Position numbers and translations under genes: made by a program. Under the pieces are notes generated by a model. That model searched no databases. It worked only from the letters and a program-made list of their open reading frames with translations, and had not been told where the DNA came from. A stretch of 32,000 nucleotides of DNA, taken from positions 330,001 to 362,000 of the forward strand of contig NC_000918.1 in assembly GCF_000008625.1 (NCBI RefSeq). The letters run 5' to 3'. Origin of the DNA: Aquifex aeolicus VF5 (GTDB taxonomy: Bacteria; Aquificota; Aquificia; Aquificales; Aquificaceae). Shown piece by piece: positions 19,046-28,707 of this stretch. How positions within the stretch are numbered: the first letter of the stretch is position 1; every line of letters begins with the position of its first letter.

Positions 19046-19051
19046 AACCTT

Positions 19052-19375
19052 AGACCTTAAGAGGAGAAAGTAGTGGGGCTTGAGGTAACGGATGATAGAG
19101 TACATGAGGGACAGGTTGATAAGGCAGATAAGGAGGGGAAGAGGAAGTGGAAGGAGAAAGTGGTGTATGGCAACAGATGGCTTATTGAGAGCTTCTTTTC
19201 AACCTTCGAGCGATGGTTTGGAGAGTATGTAGTGAGCAAAAGGCTTGGTAACATAAGGAATGAGCATGTGTTTAAAGTTGGGATAATGATCATGATGATG
19301 AGGTCAGGTGGTATGAGAGATGGCTGTGGTGGAGTTGATGTGGACGAGAAAATAATCAGGTCAGGGAGATCATAA
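19052..19375 (+). mobile_element. Internally deleted DDE transposase remnant (IS5-like)
   Basis: EKVVGLEVTDDRVHEGQ... joined to ...YGNRWLIESFFSTFERWFGEYVVSKRLGNIRNEHVFKVGIMIMM, resembling DDE-domain pieces with the intervening portion missing. Confidence 0.65.
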
Positions 19376-19476
19376 CAGATTTATTGGACAGAGCATGGAA
19401 TTTATAACCCTCTGGGTGATTTTTAACTGAATACCTATAAATTCAAATGATTATAAATATTATGGAGCGATTGATT

Positions 19477-20571
19477 ATGAACAGTATCTACATTGACGGA
19501 CTATTTTATAAAGGCTCCGGGATAGGAAGATATTATGAGTTTTCGATTCAAGAATTAAGCCAATATGCAATCATTTATATATATGTTCCAATGAAATTTA
19601 AAAACGAATTTTATCAACAATTCGGCAATAATGATAAAATTGTTCCAATATCCACCAAATATGAAAAATTTTCCTTAAAGGGACTCCTTATCCAATCTAA
19701 AATTTTGAAAAGTCTTGAAAATAAAGTTTATTTGTTTTTCTTTCCTCACATAAATCTACCTCTTTATATATCACAAAATACTGTTGTAACCGTTCATGAT
19801 CTAAGACCTTTCACAGAGTATTGGGATAGAGGAGAATTCAAAAAACTTATTATTAAAAAGCTTTTTTTTGATAGAGCAATTAAGTATTCAAAGGCTATAA
19901 TATCTATATCAAAAACAACTAAAAACGACTTACTAAAATTTTATTCCGAAGTTCAAAATAAGATTGTGGTTATTTATGAAACATTTAGTATTAATAAAAA
20001 ATCAACAGAGACAAAACAAAATATTGTTGGGGATTATCTGCTCTATGTAGGGCAGTTTAAAAAACATAAAAATTTAGATAGATTGCTTAAAGCTTTTTCT
20101 ATGATCAAAAATAAAATTAAATGCAAGCTTGTAATAGCAGGAAAAAAAGATAATATAGATATCTATAATTCTATCAAAAGCCTCAATCTTGGTGATCGTG
20201 TTGTGGTTATAAAAAATCCTTCCGATGGCGAGTTGATAAATTTATATAAAAATGCTAAATTTTTCATTTCTCCTTCTTTATATGAAGGTTTTGGTTTACC
20301 ACCCCTTGAAAGTTTAAATTATGATGTCCCTGTAATATTGTCTGATATACCAGTATTTAGGGAAATATACGAAGATATAGCAATTTATTTTAATCCTTTT
20401 TCAGAAGAAAATATTGCTGAAAAGATAATTTTTGCACTTTCCAATTATAATAGCATAAAACAAAAAACTGTATCTGAAAAAGATAAAATTTTCAATAAAT
20501 TTGAAAAAAGAAAAATAGTAAAGCAGTATCTGGAGCTTTTTAACAAAATTATAAAAGGTGAATTAGCGTGA
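19477..20571 (+). CDS. GT4-family glycosyltransferase
   Basis: YIDGLFYKGSGIGRYYE, VTVHDLRPFTEYW, DYLLYVGQFKKHKNLDRLLKAF, and SPSLYEGFGLPPLESLNYDVPVI. Confidence 0.87.
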   Translation: MNSIYIDGLFYKGSGIGRYYEFSIQELSQYAIIYIYVPMKFKNEFYQQFGNNDKIVPISTKYEKFSLKGLLIQSKILKSLENKVYLFFFPHINLPLYISQNTVVTVHDLRPFTEYWDRGEFKKLIIKKLFFDRAIKYSKAIISISKTTKNDLLKFYSEVQNKIVVIYETFSINKKSTETKQNIVGDYLLYVGQFKKHKNLDRLLKAFSMIKNKIKCKLVIAGKKDNIDIYNSIKSLNLGDRVVVIKNPSDGELINLYKNAKFFISPSLYEGFGLPPLESLNYDVPVILSDIPVFREIYEDIAIYFNPFSEENIAEKIIFALSNYNSIKQKTVSEKDKIFNKFEKRKIVKQYLELFNKIIKGELA

Positions 20572-21674
20572 AAGTCTTACATCTTGGGAAGCTATGTCCT
20601 CCGAATGAAGGAGGAATAGAAGTTTTTTCATACGACTTACTTGAATACTTAAACTCAAAAGGTATAAAAGCAGATTTACTATGTTTTGGAAATAGAACAT
20701 TTAATGACGCTTATAGAGGTTTTAACTTTTTTTCCTGCAAAATGAATGTCAAACTAAATTCGGCTCCACTTTCCTATGACTTTGTAAAAACTTTTAAGAA
20801 AATAGAAAAAAACTATGACATAATACACGTTCATTCTCCTAATCCATTGGCAGAAATTTTGTCTCTTTTTTCTCATAAAAAAGTGGTGGCTCACTGGCAC
20901 TCAGATATTGTCAGGCAAAAATTTACATACTTTTTTTATAAACCATTTCAACATATGTATTTGAAAAAAGCAATTAGAATAATCTGTACATCTCCACAAT
21001 ATTTACAAACTTCAAAGCAATTAGAAGGTTTTAGGAATAAAGCAGTAGTAATTCCCTTAGGCTTAAATCCCAAAAGATTGATGAGCGACTACGTAGATGA
21101 AAAATTTAAAGATTTTATTGAGTTGAAAAATAAAGGAAGAAAAATAGTTCTCTCAATAGGAAGACTGGTAGAGTATAAAGGGTATAAATACTTAATAGAA
21201 GCTGCAAAATATATAAATAACAACATCTCAATAGTTATCGCGGGTTCGGGACCTTTATTTCAATCATTAGAAGAAAAAATCGAAACATTGAATTTAAAGG
21301 AAAAGGTTTTTCTATTCGGAAGAATTAATAATGTGAGCCTTTACATGAAAAATTGTGATGTATTTTGTCTACCTTCTATCACCAGAAACGAAGCTTTTGG
21401 TCTGGTATTAGTAGAAGCATTATACTTTGGTAAACCTCTTATAACTACAGACGTTGAAGGCTCCGGTATAAGCTATGTTAATCAAAACGGTATAACAGGT
21501 TTAGTAGTAAAACCAAAAGACCCAAAAGCACTGGCAGAAGCCATTAATAAAATTTTAAAAAATGAAAATTTATATAAACAATTTAGTGAAAATGCTAAAA
21601 AACGTTTCAAAGAATTTGAGATATCAAATATAGGAGATAAAATATTAAATTTGTACGAGGAGGTTTTAAAATGA
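20568..21674 (+). CDS. GT4-family glycosyltransferase
   Basis: KVLHLGKLCPPNEGGIEVFSYDLLEYL, KIVLSIGRLVEYKGYKYLIEAAKY, and SITRNEAFGLVLVEALYFGKPLITTDVEGSG. Confidence 0.9.
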   Translation: MKVLHLGKLCPPNEGGIEVFSYDLLEYLNSKGIKADLLCFGNRTFNDAYRGFNFFSCKMNVKLNSAPLSYDFVKTFKKIEKNYDIIHVHSPNPLAEILSLFSHKKVVAHWHSDIVRQKFTYFFYKPFQHMYLKKAIRIICTSPQYLQTSKQLEGFRNKAVVIPLGLNPKRLMSDYVDEKFKDFIELKNKGRKIVLSIGRLVEYKGYKYLIEAAKYINNNISIVIAGSGPLFQSLEEKIETLNLKEKVFLFGRINNVSLYMKNCDVFCLPSITRNEAFGLVLVEALYFGKPLITTDVEGSGISYVNQNGITGLVVKPKDPKALAEAINKILKNENLYKQFSENAKKRFKEFEISNIGDKILNLYEEVLK

Positions 21675-21737
21675 TTATCCGATATCATGCTCCTTTGGGA
21701 CTTGGACTTGCAGTGGTGTAACTGATCTAAGTCCATT

Positions 21738-22151
21738 ATGAATGGGAAGGCCGGTGCAAGCAGTAAAGGTGGAAATTTTGTGTATACAATAATTCGCAAA
21801 GCTAAGGCAGGAGAACCGCTAAGGGTGGTTGATGATATATACATGTCTCCTACCTATACCTTAGATGCTGCAAAAGAGATATGGAAAATTTTACTTGAAA
21901 ATAAACCTTACGGTATATACCACGTTACAAACTCAGGATACTGCTCATGGTATGAGTTTGCTGTCAAGATACTCGAATACTCTGGATTGAAAACGGATAT
22001 AAAACCTGTAAGACATACAGAATTTAAGACTAAAGCAAATAGACCACTGTGGAGCCCTTTAGCAAGTAAAAGGGGAATAAAACTGAGAAACTGGGAAGAA
22101 GCTTTAAAGGATTTTATAAATGCTATTTCCATTAATAACCTTTCTTATTAG
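21738..22151 (+). pseudogene. C-terminal remnant of dTDP-4-dehydrorhamnose reductase (RfbD-like)
   Basis: GGNFVYTIIRKAKAGEPLRVVDDIYMSPTYTLDAAKEIWKILLENKPYGIYHVTNSGYCSWYEFAVKILEYSG...NRPLWSPLASKRGIKLRNWEEALKDFI; NAD-binding N-terminus absent. Confidence 0.82.
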
Positions 22152-23193
22152 CTTCTTTCTCTGTTTTCTATTCATAAAGTACATTAACCTAAATCTCTTC
22201 CACGATACTCAAAAAGGTGTTCAGAAATTTCACCACAGGCCTACACCCAGAATAGGCGGCCTTGCTATTTATTTATCCGTTCTTTTAGTATCAGTAATCT
22301 TCATTCTTTTAAATAAGCCTTTTTCAAAAGAGTTTTTTCTTTTTATAATGTCTGCCTTCCCCGTTTTTTTCAGCGGACTTCTTGAGGATATAACAAAAAA
22401 AGTTTCCCCGAAATGGAGATTACTTATAGGATTTATTTCGGGAATACTTGCGTTTTATTTGATTTCCGCAAAAGTAACAAGAGTAGATATTCCTTTTGTA
22501 GATAGCCTCCTTTCCATACCTCTTATTTCTCTTTTATTTACTGCTTTTGCTCTGGCAGGTGTTTCCCATGCTTTTAACATAATTGACGGTTTTAACGGTC
22601 TTGCCTCGGGTGTTGCAATGCTCGTTTTTGGAGCTTACGCTTACGTGTCTTTTTTACATAATGATCTTTTCCTCGTTTACTTAAATCTTCTTCTTATCGC
22701 TGCTACCTTAGGATTCTTTCTGTGGAATTATCCCTTCGGGCTTATATTCCTCGGGGACGGAGGAGCTTACTTTTTAGGTTTCTGTGCGGGAGCCATAGGA
22801 GCTATTCTAGTAAATAAATATCCTGACATTTCTCCCTGGTTTCCCATGTTGCTTGTTATTTATCCTGTATGGGAGACTTTATTTTCCATATACAGAAGAA
22901 AATTTCTTAAAGATTATCCACCACATATGCCCGATGCACTTCATTTCCATCAATTGCTTTACAGGAGACTCCTTAAATTTACTCTAGGTTCAAACATAGA
23001 ACCTTTTAAAAGGAATTCATACACTTCACCCTTCCTGTGGGTTATGGAACTTATATGTTTAGTTCCAGCGGTTCTATTTTGGGATAATACTCCTATCTTG
23101 ATGCTTTTCACATTTGCTTTCATAGTTTTTTATACATGGCTTTACTTCAGAATAGTCAAGTTTAAAACTCCGAAAATCTTTAGAATTAAATAA
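22120..23193 (+). CDS. WecA/MraY-family undecaprenyl-phosphate glycosyl-1-phosphate transferase
   Basis: HHRPTPRIGGLAIY, AFNIIDGFNGLASG, and FPFG-like FLGDGGAYFLGF; multiple TM helices. Confidence 0.88.
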   Translation: MLFPLITFLISFFLCFLFIKYINLNLFHDTQKGVQKFHHRPTPRIGGLAIYLSVLLVSVIFILLNKPFSKEFFLFIMSAFPVFFSGLLEDITKKVSPKWRLLIGFISGILAFYLISAKVTRVDIPFVDSLLSIPLISLLFTAFALAGVSHAFNIIDGFNGLASGVAMLVFGAYAYVSFLHNDLFLVYLNLLLIAATLGFFLWNYPFGLIFLGDGGAYFLGFCAGAIGAILVNKYPDISPWFPMLLVIYPVWETLFSIYRRKFLKDYPPHMPDALHFHQLLYRRLLKFTLGSNIEPFKRNSYTSPFLWVMELICLVPAVLFWDNTPILMLFTFAFIVFYTWLYFRIVKFKTPKIFRIK

Positions 23194-24087
23194 ATGCTCT
23201 TCCTAAAGAACGTTCCCCTTCAGAACCTTACGACTATAAAAATAGGGGGAAGGGTATCCTTTTACGCAGAGCCTTCCGATCTAAAGGAAATTTCCCTATG
23301 TATTGATTTTTCAAAATCCCGAGACATTCCTCTTTTTGTTTTGGGTAACGGTTCTAATACTATTTTCGGTGACGTAAGAGGGCTCGTTGTAAATTTAAAA
23401 AACTTAAAAGGTTTTAAAGTAAAAGAAATTAAAGGGAAATTTTTTGTAGAAGCTTTTTCCGGAACGCCTTTAAAGGATTTAATAAGGTTTAGTGTAAAGG
23501 AAAATGTAAAGAGTTTTTACAAACTTCTCGGTTTTCCGGCAAGTGTCGGGGGAGCGGTTAGTATGAACGCCGGGGCTTTTGGGGTTGAGATATCGGATTT
23601 TTTAAAGGAAGTTTACTTCGTAGATTGGGAGGGGAAACTCCAAAAAGCAAAAAGGGATGAACTGAATTTTTCTTACAGAAAATCGCCTTTTCCAAAACTT
23701 GGAATAGTTTTCAAAGTAGTTTTTGAGTTTGAAAGAAGTAAAGAAAATATACTTCCCAAGTACGAAAAAATAAGAAGAATAAGGAAAGAAAAGCAACCTA
23801 TAAACCTTCCAACCAGCGGTTCTACCTTCAAAAATCCGGAGGGTAATTTCGCGGGAAAGCTTCTGGAAAAAGCAGGTTTAAAAGGTTTTAGACTTAAAAA
23901 CGTAGGATTTTCCGAAAAACACGCTAACTTCCTTGTAAACTACGGAGGTGGAACTTTTTCGGAAGTGGTAGATTTAATAAATATTGCAAAGGAAAGGGTT
24001 TACGAAAACTTCGGTATAGTATTGGAGGAGGAGGTAAAGCTGATTGAGAGTAGTGGTTCTGATGGGTGGAAGGTCCTCGGAGCGTGA
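23194..24087 (+). CDS. murB: UDP-N-acetylmuramate dehydrogenase
   Basis: NLTTIKIGGRVSFYAEP, PASVGGAVSMNAGAFG, and NLPTSGSTFKNPEG...KHANFLVNYGGG. Confidence 0.95.
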   Translation: MLFLKNVPLQNLTTIKIGGRVSFYAEPSDLKEISLCIDFSKSRDIPLFVLGNGSNTIFGDVRGLVVNLKNLKGFKVKEIKGKFFVEAFSGTPLKDLIRFSVKENVKSFYKLLGFPASVGGAVSMNAGAFGVEISDFLKEVYFVDWEGKLQKAKRDELNFSYRKSPFPKLGIVFKVVFEFERSKENILPKYEKIRRIRKEKQPINLPTSGSTFKNPEGNFAGKLLEKAGLKGFRLKNVGFSEKHANFLVNYGGGTFSEVVDLINIAKERVYENFGIVLEEEVKLIESSGSDGWKVLGA

Positions 24088-24919
24088 AATATCCTTGAAA
24101 ACGGGAAAGGCCGTTGCAAAGGCATTAAGAGAACTGGGGCACGAAGTTTACGAGCTTGACCTTGATAAGGAACTTCCCTGTAAACTCCTCGAAATAAAGC
24201 CCGATAAAGTATTTATAGCCCTTCACGGAAGGTACGGAGAGGACGGAACCGTGCAGGGATTGCTGGAGATTTTAGACATACCTTACACGGGTTCGGATAC
24301 GATAGCTTCCGCTGTATCTATAGACAAGGACTTTACAAAGAGAATAGTAAAAAGCCTTGGTATAAACACACCTGACTGGGAAACGTTCATTTCGGAGGGA
24401 GATGTTCTAAATACAGAATGGAATAAATTTCCCGCGGTGGTAAAGCCGGTAAGAGAAGGATCAAGCGTTGGGCTGAAAATAGTGGAAAGTCTTGAAGAAT
24501 TAAAAGAGTACGCCTTAGACCTCCTTAAAAAAACCGAAAGGGTTATGGTTGAGGAATTCGTGGAAGGGAGGGACATGACTGTAGGGATACTGAAAGGGGA
24601 AGCCCTTCCCGTTGTGGAAATAATACCTAAAAAAGGAGTTTACGACTACGAGTGTAAGTACACAAAAGGTATGAGCGAGTACAGAATTTTAAAAGATGAA
24701 AAATTATCTAAAAAACTCCAGGAAATCTCCCTCAAAATTTCTAAATTTCTCTCTTTAAAGGACTTTGCAAGAATTGACTTCAGAGTGACAAAAGAAGGTA
24801 AAATATTTTTCTTAGAGGTAAATACCATACCAGGGATGACTGAACTCAGTCTCCTTCCTATGGCAGCGAAAGAAAAAGGTATGGACTTTAAAAAATTAAT
24901 ATCTATAATTATCACTTAA
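24044..24919 (+). CDS. ddl: D-alanine--D-alanine ligase (TTG start overlapping murB)
   Basis: VLMGGRSSEREISLKTG, IALHGRYGEDGTVQGLLE, and FLEVNTIPGMTELSLLP. Confidence 0.95.
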   Translation: MRVVVLMGGRSSEREISLKTGKAVAKALRELGHEVYELDLDKELPCKLLEIKPDKVFIALHGRYGEDGTVQGLLEILDIPYTGSDTIASAVSIDKDFTKRIVKSLGINTPDWETFISEGDVLNTEWNKFPAVVKPVREGSSVGLKIVESLEELKEYALDLLKKTERVMVEEFVEGRDMTVGILKGEALPVVEIIPKKGVYDYECKYTKGMSEYRILKDEKLSKKLQEISLKISKFLSLKDFARIDFRVTKEGKIFFLEVNTIPGMTELSLLPMAAKEKGMDFKKLISIIIT

Positions 24920-24929
24920 GGGGGGAATA

Positions 24930-25580
24930 TTGAGGGGTATACTTGGACTAGTATTCGGAAGTGTAATCCTCATATATTTAATCTCTCTGTTCCTTATGAA
25001 GCATCCCTTTTTTCAGATAAGGGAAATAAAGGTCAGTGGATTATACGTGGAGGAAATAGAAAAAATTGAGAAGGACATTCACGCACTAGGGAGAGGTTTG
25101 TTAGTAATTCCCGAGAGCAACATACTTGAGCTCTTCAACGAGAAACTCAATAACAGGTTTCAGGGAGTAGAGATAAATAAAAGGTTTTCAACGGAAGGCA
25201 TAACAATTGAAATGAACTTCCAGAGAAGGAAAGCTATATCTTTTGTAAATATAAACGAAAAAAAATTCCTGATGGATATGGAAGGTATATTCTTTTGGGA
25301 TGAATACCAGAAACCAGATAAAACTTTATTCATTTACTCTAAAGAGGTTTTTCAGTTTTTCAAGCAAAAAATACTCAAACTTTTGACACAGGGAAACTCC
25401 GTTAAAGTTTATAAGGATAAAGTAATGGTGGATATAGGTGGAAAGAGATTTATACTCCCACCTTTAGAAGATATCAACGAAAAAGAGATACATTTAATGA
25501 AAAAGCTTCTAAAACTTCACCCGGATGCAAAAATATTTGATATCAGATATAAAGGCTTTATACTTTTAAATGAGGGGTGA
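24930..25580 (+). CDS. ftsQ: FtsQ/DivIB cell-division protein
   Basis: N-terminal TM followed by a POTRA-like FQIREIKVSGLYVEEIEKIEKD; position between ddl and ftsA. Confidence 0.82.
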   Translation: MRGILGLVFGSVILIYLISLFLMKHPFFQIREIKVSGLYVEEIEKIEKDIHALGRGLLVIPESNILELFNEKLNNRFQGVEINKRFSTEGITIEMNFQRRKAISFVNINEKKFLMDMEGIFFWDEYQKPDKTLFIYSKEVFQFFKQKILKLLTQGNSVKVYKDKVMVDIGGKRFILPPLEDINEKEIHLMKKLLKLHPDAKIFDIRYKGFILLNEG

Positions 25581-26830
25581 TGAAACGACTAGCTGCATTA
25601 GACATTGGTAGTCAAAAAACAGTATTTGTTATAGGTGAAAGGGACAGTTACGGAGATATCCACATAATAGGATTCGGAGAAGTCCCTTCCAGAGGTATAG
25701 TAAAGGGAGTTATAAACGACCTTTCAGAAGCAAAAGGAAGTATCCTCAGAGCCATGAAAGAAGCCGAAGCAATGGCAGGTTTAAAGGTAAGGGAGGTGGT
25801 TTACAACGTATCGGGGGGAACTACGAAGAACGGAACGGTGAAGAGCCAGAACGTAAAGGATACGATAAGTATATCCACAAAATCGTCAGAGATAGAAGAA
25901 AGTCACATTCAGAGACTTCACGAAAGGTGTTTGATGAAGGCGAAGGAAGAGGGGTATGAAATAGTCTACACAGCACCCAGAAAGTACATTCTGGACGACC
26001 ACACGGAAGTGAAGAATCCTTTAGGGCTCGTAGGCTCAAAACTTTCTGTTGAAATGCACGTCGTCAAAGTGAGCACAACTATACTCAGGAACTTAGAAAA
26101 AGCCATAAGGGAAGTGGGGTTAAATCCTGTGGGGAGAACGGTGAACGCCATAGCTTCAGCGGATTCAGTTTTAACACATGACGAAAAGGAAGACGGCGTT
26201 CTTTTACTCGATATGGGAGCGGGACTTACGGATTACTCCCTGTATACCGAGGGAAGACCGTACATTACCGGAGTCGTTCCCTTTGGAGGGATTAATATAA
26301 CAAAGGACTTGAGTTACATGCTTAAAATAGACACAGAAACCGCAGAGAGTGTGAAGGTAAACCACGGTGTGGCTTTTGAGAGTTTAGTTGACGATGAAGA
26401 TGTAGTGAAGATAAAGCCGAGGGGAGAAGACAGGGAAATCCCTATACAGAAGAAGCAGGTTGCGGAAATTATACAGAGCAGGGTTGAAGAGATAGTGGAA
26501 AAGGTTTTTAAAGAAATAAAGGCAAGAGGAGTACCGCTGAATCAGATAAACAGCGGGATTGTTGTAACGGGAGGAACAGCTAATTTAAAAGGAATAAGGG
26601 AATTGATAGAGCACATGACGGGGCTTCCAGTAAGGATAGGTTTACCTCAGGGAATAGTGGGTTTGAGGGAAAAGATAGAAAACCCGAAGTACGCTACTGT
26701 TTGTGGACTTTTAAGGCAAGCTTTTGTAAGCGGGACAATAGATATAACTGAATCTACAAACAGTAATACAGGAAATTTCTTCAAAAATTTATCGGAAAGA
26801 TTTAAGAAATGGTTTGAGGAACTCTTGTGA
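25577..26830 (+). CDS. ftsA: Cell division protein FtsA
   Basis: AALDIGSQKTVFVIGE, VLLLDMGAGLTDYSLY, and GIVVTGGTANLKGIRELIEHM. Confidence 0.95.
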   Translation: MMKRLAALDIGSQKTVFVIGERDSYGDIHIIGFGEVPSRGIVKGVINDLSEAKGSILRAMKEAEAMAGLKVREVVYNVSGGTTKNGTVKSQNVKDTISISTKSSEIEESHIQRLHERCLMKAKEEGYEIVYTAPRKYILDDHTEVKNPLGLVGSKLSVEMHVVKVSTTILRNLEKAIREVGLNPVGRTVNAIASADSVLTHDEKEDGVLLLDMGAGLTDYSLYTEGRPYITGVVPFGGINITKDLSYMLKIDTETAESVKVNHGVAFESLVDDEDVVKIKPRGEDREIPIQKKQVAEIIQSRVEEIVEKVFKEIKARGVPLNQINSGIVVTGGTANLKGIRELIEHMTGLPVRIGLPQGIVGLREKIENPKYATVCGLLRQAFVSGTIDITESTNSNTGNFFKNLSERFKKWFEELL

Positions 26831-26842
26831 AGGAGGGCTAAT

Positions 26843-27946
26843 ATGGAGGAGTTCGTGAACCCCTGCAAGATAAAGGTGATAGGCGTAGGCGGAGGGGGAA
26901 GTAACGCTGTAAACAGGATGTACGAGGACGGTATAGAAGGAGTTGAACTGTATGCGATAAATACGGACGTGCAGCACCTGAGTACTCTTAAGGTTCCAAA
27001 CAAGATACAGATAGGGGAAAAGGTAACGAGGGGGCTCGGAGCCGGGGCAAAACCAGAAGTAGGAGAGGAAGCGGCTTTAGAAGATATAGATAAAATCAAA
27101 GAAATTTTGAGAGATACGGACATGGTGTTTATCTCAGCCGGACTCGGTGGAGGTACGGGAACGGGAGCAGCTCCCGTAATAGCTAAAACCGCCAAAGAAA
27201 TGGGAATACTAACCGTTGCGGTAGCAACTCTGCCCTTCAGGTTTGAAGGTCCAAGGAAGATGGAAAAGGCTCTAAAAGGACTTGAAAAGTTAAAGGAGTC
27301 TTCTGACGCTTACATAGTAATACACAACGACAAAATAAAGGAACTCTCAAACAGGACACTGACTATAAAAGACGCCTTTAAGGAAGTAGACTCTGTCCTT
27401 TCAAAAGCTGTCAGGGGTATAACGAGTATAGTTGTCACTCCCGCTGTCATAAACGTGGACTTTGCGGATGTGAGAACAACGCTTGAAGAAGGTGGACTCT
27501 CGATAATAGGTATGGGAGAAGGAAGGGGAGACGAAAAGGCGGATATAGCTGTAGAAAAGGCTGTAACGAGCCCGCTTCTAGAAGGAAATACGATAGAGGG
27601 TGCGAGAAGACTTCTCGTTACTATATGGACCTCCGAGGACATACCCTACGACATAGTGGACGAAGTCATGGAAAGGATCCACTCAAAGGTTCACCCGGAA
27701 GCAGAAATAATATTCGGTGCTGTTCTGGAACCCCAGGAGCAGGACTTTATAAGGGTGGCCATTGTAGCCACGGACTTTCCCGAAGAGAAGTTCCAGGTAG
27801 GTGAAAAGGAAGTTAAGTTCAAAGTTATAAAGAAGGAGGAAAAGGAAGAACCGAAGGAAGAACCTAAACCTTTATCCGATACGACCTATCTGGAAGAGGA
27901 GGAAATACCCGCGGTAATCAGAAGGAAGAATAAGCGGTTGCTATGA
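26843..27946 (+). CDS. ftsZ: Cell division protein FtsZ
   Basis: KIKVIGVGGGGSNAVNRM, tubulin signature GGGTGTGAAPV, and C-terminal EEEEIPAVIRRK. Confidence 0.97.
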   Translation: MEEFVNPCKIKVIGVGGGGSNAVNRMYEDGIEGVELYAINTDVQHLSTLKVPNKIQIGEKVTRGLGAGAKPEVGEEAALEDIDKIKEILRDTDMVFISAGLGGGTGTGAAPVIAKTAKEMGILTVAVATLPFRFEGPRKMEKALKGLEKLKESSDAYIVIHNDKIKELSNRTLTIKDAFKEVDSVLSKAVRGITSIVVTPAVINVDFADVRTTLEEGGLSIIGMGEGRGDEKADIAVEKAVTSPLLEGNTIEGARRLLVTIWTSEDIPYDIVDEVMERIHSKVHPEAEIIFGAVLEPQEQDFIRVAIVATDFPEEKFQVGEKEVKFKVIKKEEKEEPKEEPKPLSDTTYLEEEEIPAVIRRKNKRLL

Positions 27947-28707
27947 GAACCGTAGACATAACGACGAAGATAGAGACCTTAAGAGAGGCGAAGGCTTACG
28001 GCAGGATAAGGTTAAAGCCCGAAACCGTAAAACTGATTAAGGAAAACAAAGTTCCAAAAGGAAACCTCGTAGAAGCCACAAAACTGAGCGGTATATTCGG
28101 GGCAAAGAAAACGGGAGAACTCCTTCCATTCTGCCACCCTATTCCCTTAGACTTCGTGGCTCTTGAAGTGAAAGTAAACGAAGATAATCTGGAAGTATTC
28201 TCAACGGTAAGAGGGATAGCAAGGACGGGCTACGAGATGGAAGCCCTGACGGCGGTCACAACTGCACTTCTTAATGTTTACGATATGTGCAAGGCTCTTG
28301 ACGACTCCATGGTAATAGAAGAGGTGAAACTCCTCGAAAAGAGCGGTGGAAAATCTGACTGGTTTAGAAGGCTGGACGGAGTGAAGGTGAACCTTCACGC
28401 GGAAAATGAAGGATTAAGGAAAATCGCAGAAGACTACCTGAAAGAACTTGGAGCAACCTTTGCCGAAGAGGCAGAACTTTACATCTCCATCGGAGATAAT
28501 CTTCCTATAAACAAGGAAATAAGGTCCCTTGAGCGTGTGATTTCCCTTTACGACTTTCGTAGGAATCCGAAAGAGGTGGGAAAGGAGATAAGAGTAGGGT
28601 GGTCCGACGATGCCCTGATAATAATCCTTCCCGAAAGCGAAGAAAAAATCAGGTTCTTCTTTGAAACCTTCGGAGGTATCATAGGAAATCTTTTATGCAG
28701 AAGATAG
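27943..28707 (+). CDS. moaC: Cyclic pyranopterin monophosphate synthase MoaC with about 100-aa C-terminal extension
   Basis: LSGIFGAKKTGELLPFCHPIPLDFV, GIARTGYEMEALTAVTTALLNVYDMCKALD, and VKLLEKSGGKSDWFR. Confidence 0.92.
   Translation: MRTVDITTKIETLREAKAYGRIRLKPETVKLIKENKVPKGNLVEATKLSGIFGAKKTGELLPFCHPIPLDFVALEVKVNEDNLEVFSTVRGIARTGYEMEALTAVTTALLNVYDMCKALDDSMVIEEVKLLEKSGGKSDWFRRLDGVKVNLHAENEGLRKIAEDYLKELGATFAEEAELYISIGDNLPINKEIRSLERVISLYDFRRNPKEVGKEIRVGWSDDALIIILPESEEKIRFFFETFGGIIGNLLCRR

Noticed and set aside
21482-21844. - strand 120-aa ORF over the glycosyltransferase/rfbD' junction
   Set aside because: Antisense to GT4 conserved motifs; no recognisable domain.
26647-27195. Long - strand ORF (182 aa) opposite ftsA/ftsZ
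   Set aside because: Low-complexity Pro/Ser-rich antisense translation (APVPVPPPSPAEI) over the conserved FtsZ glycine-rich sequence; antisense artefact.
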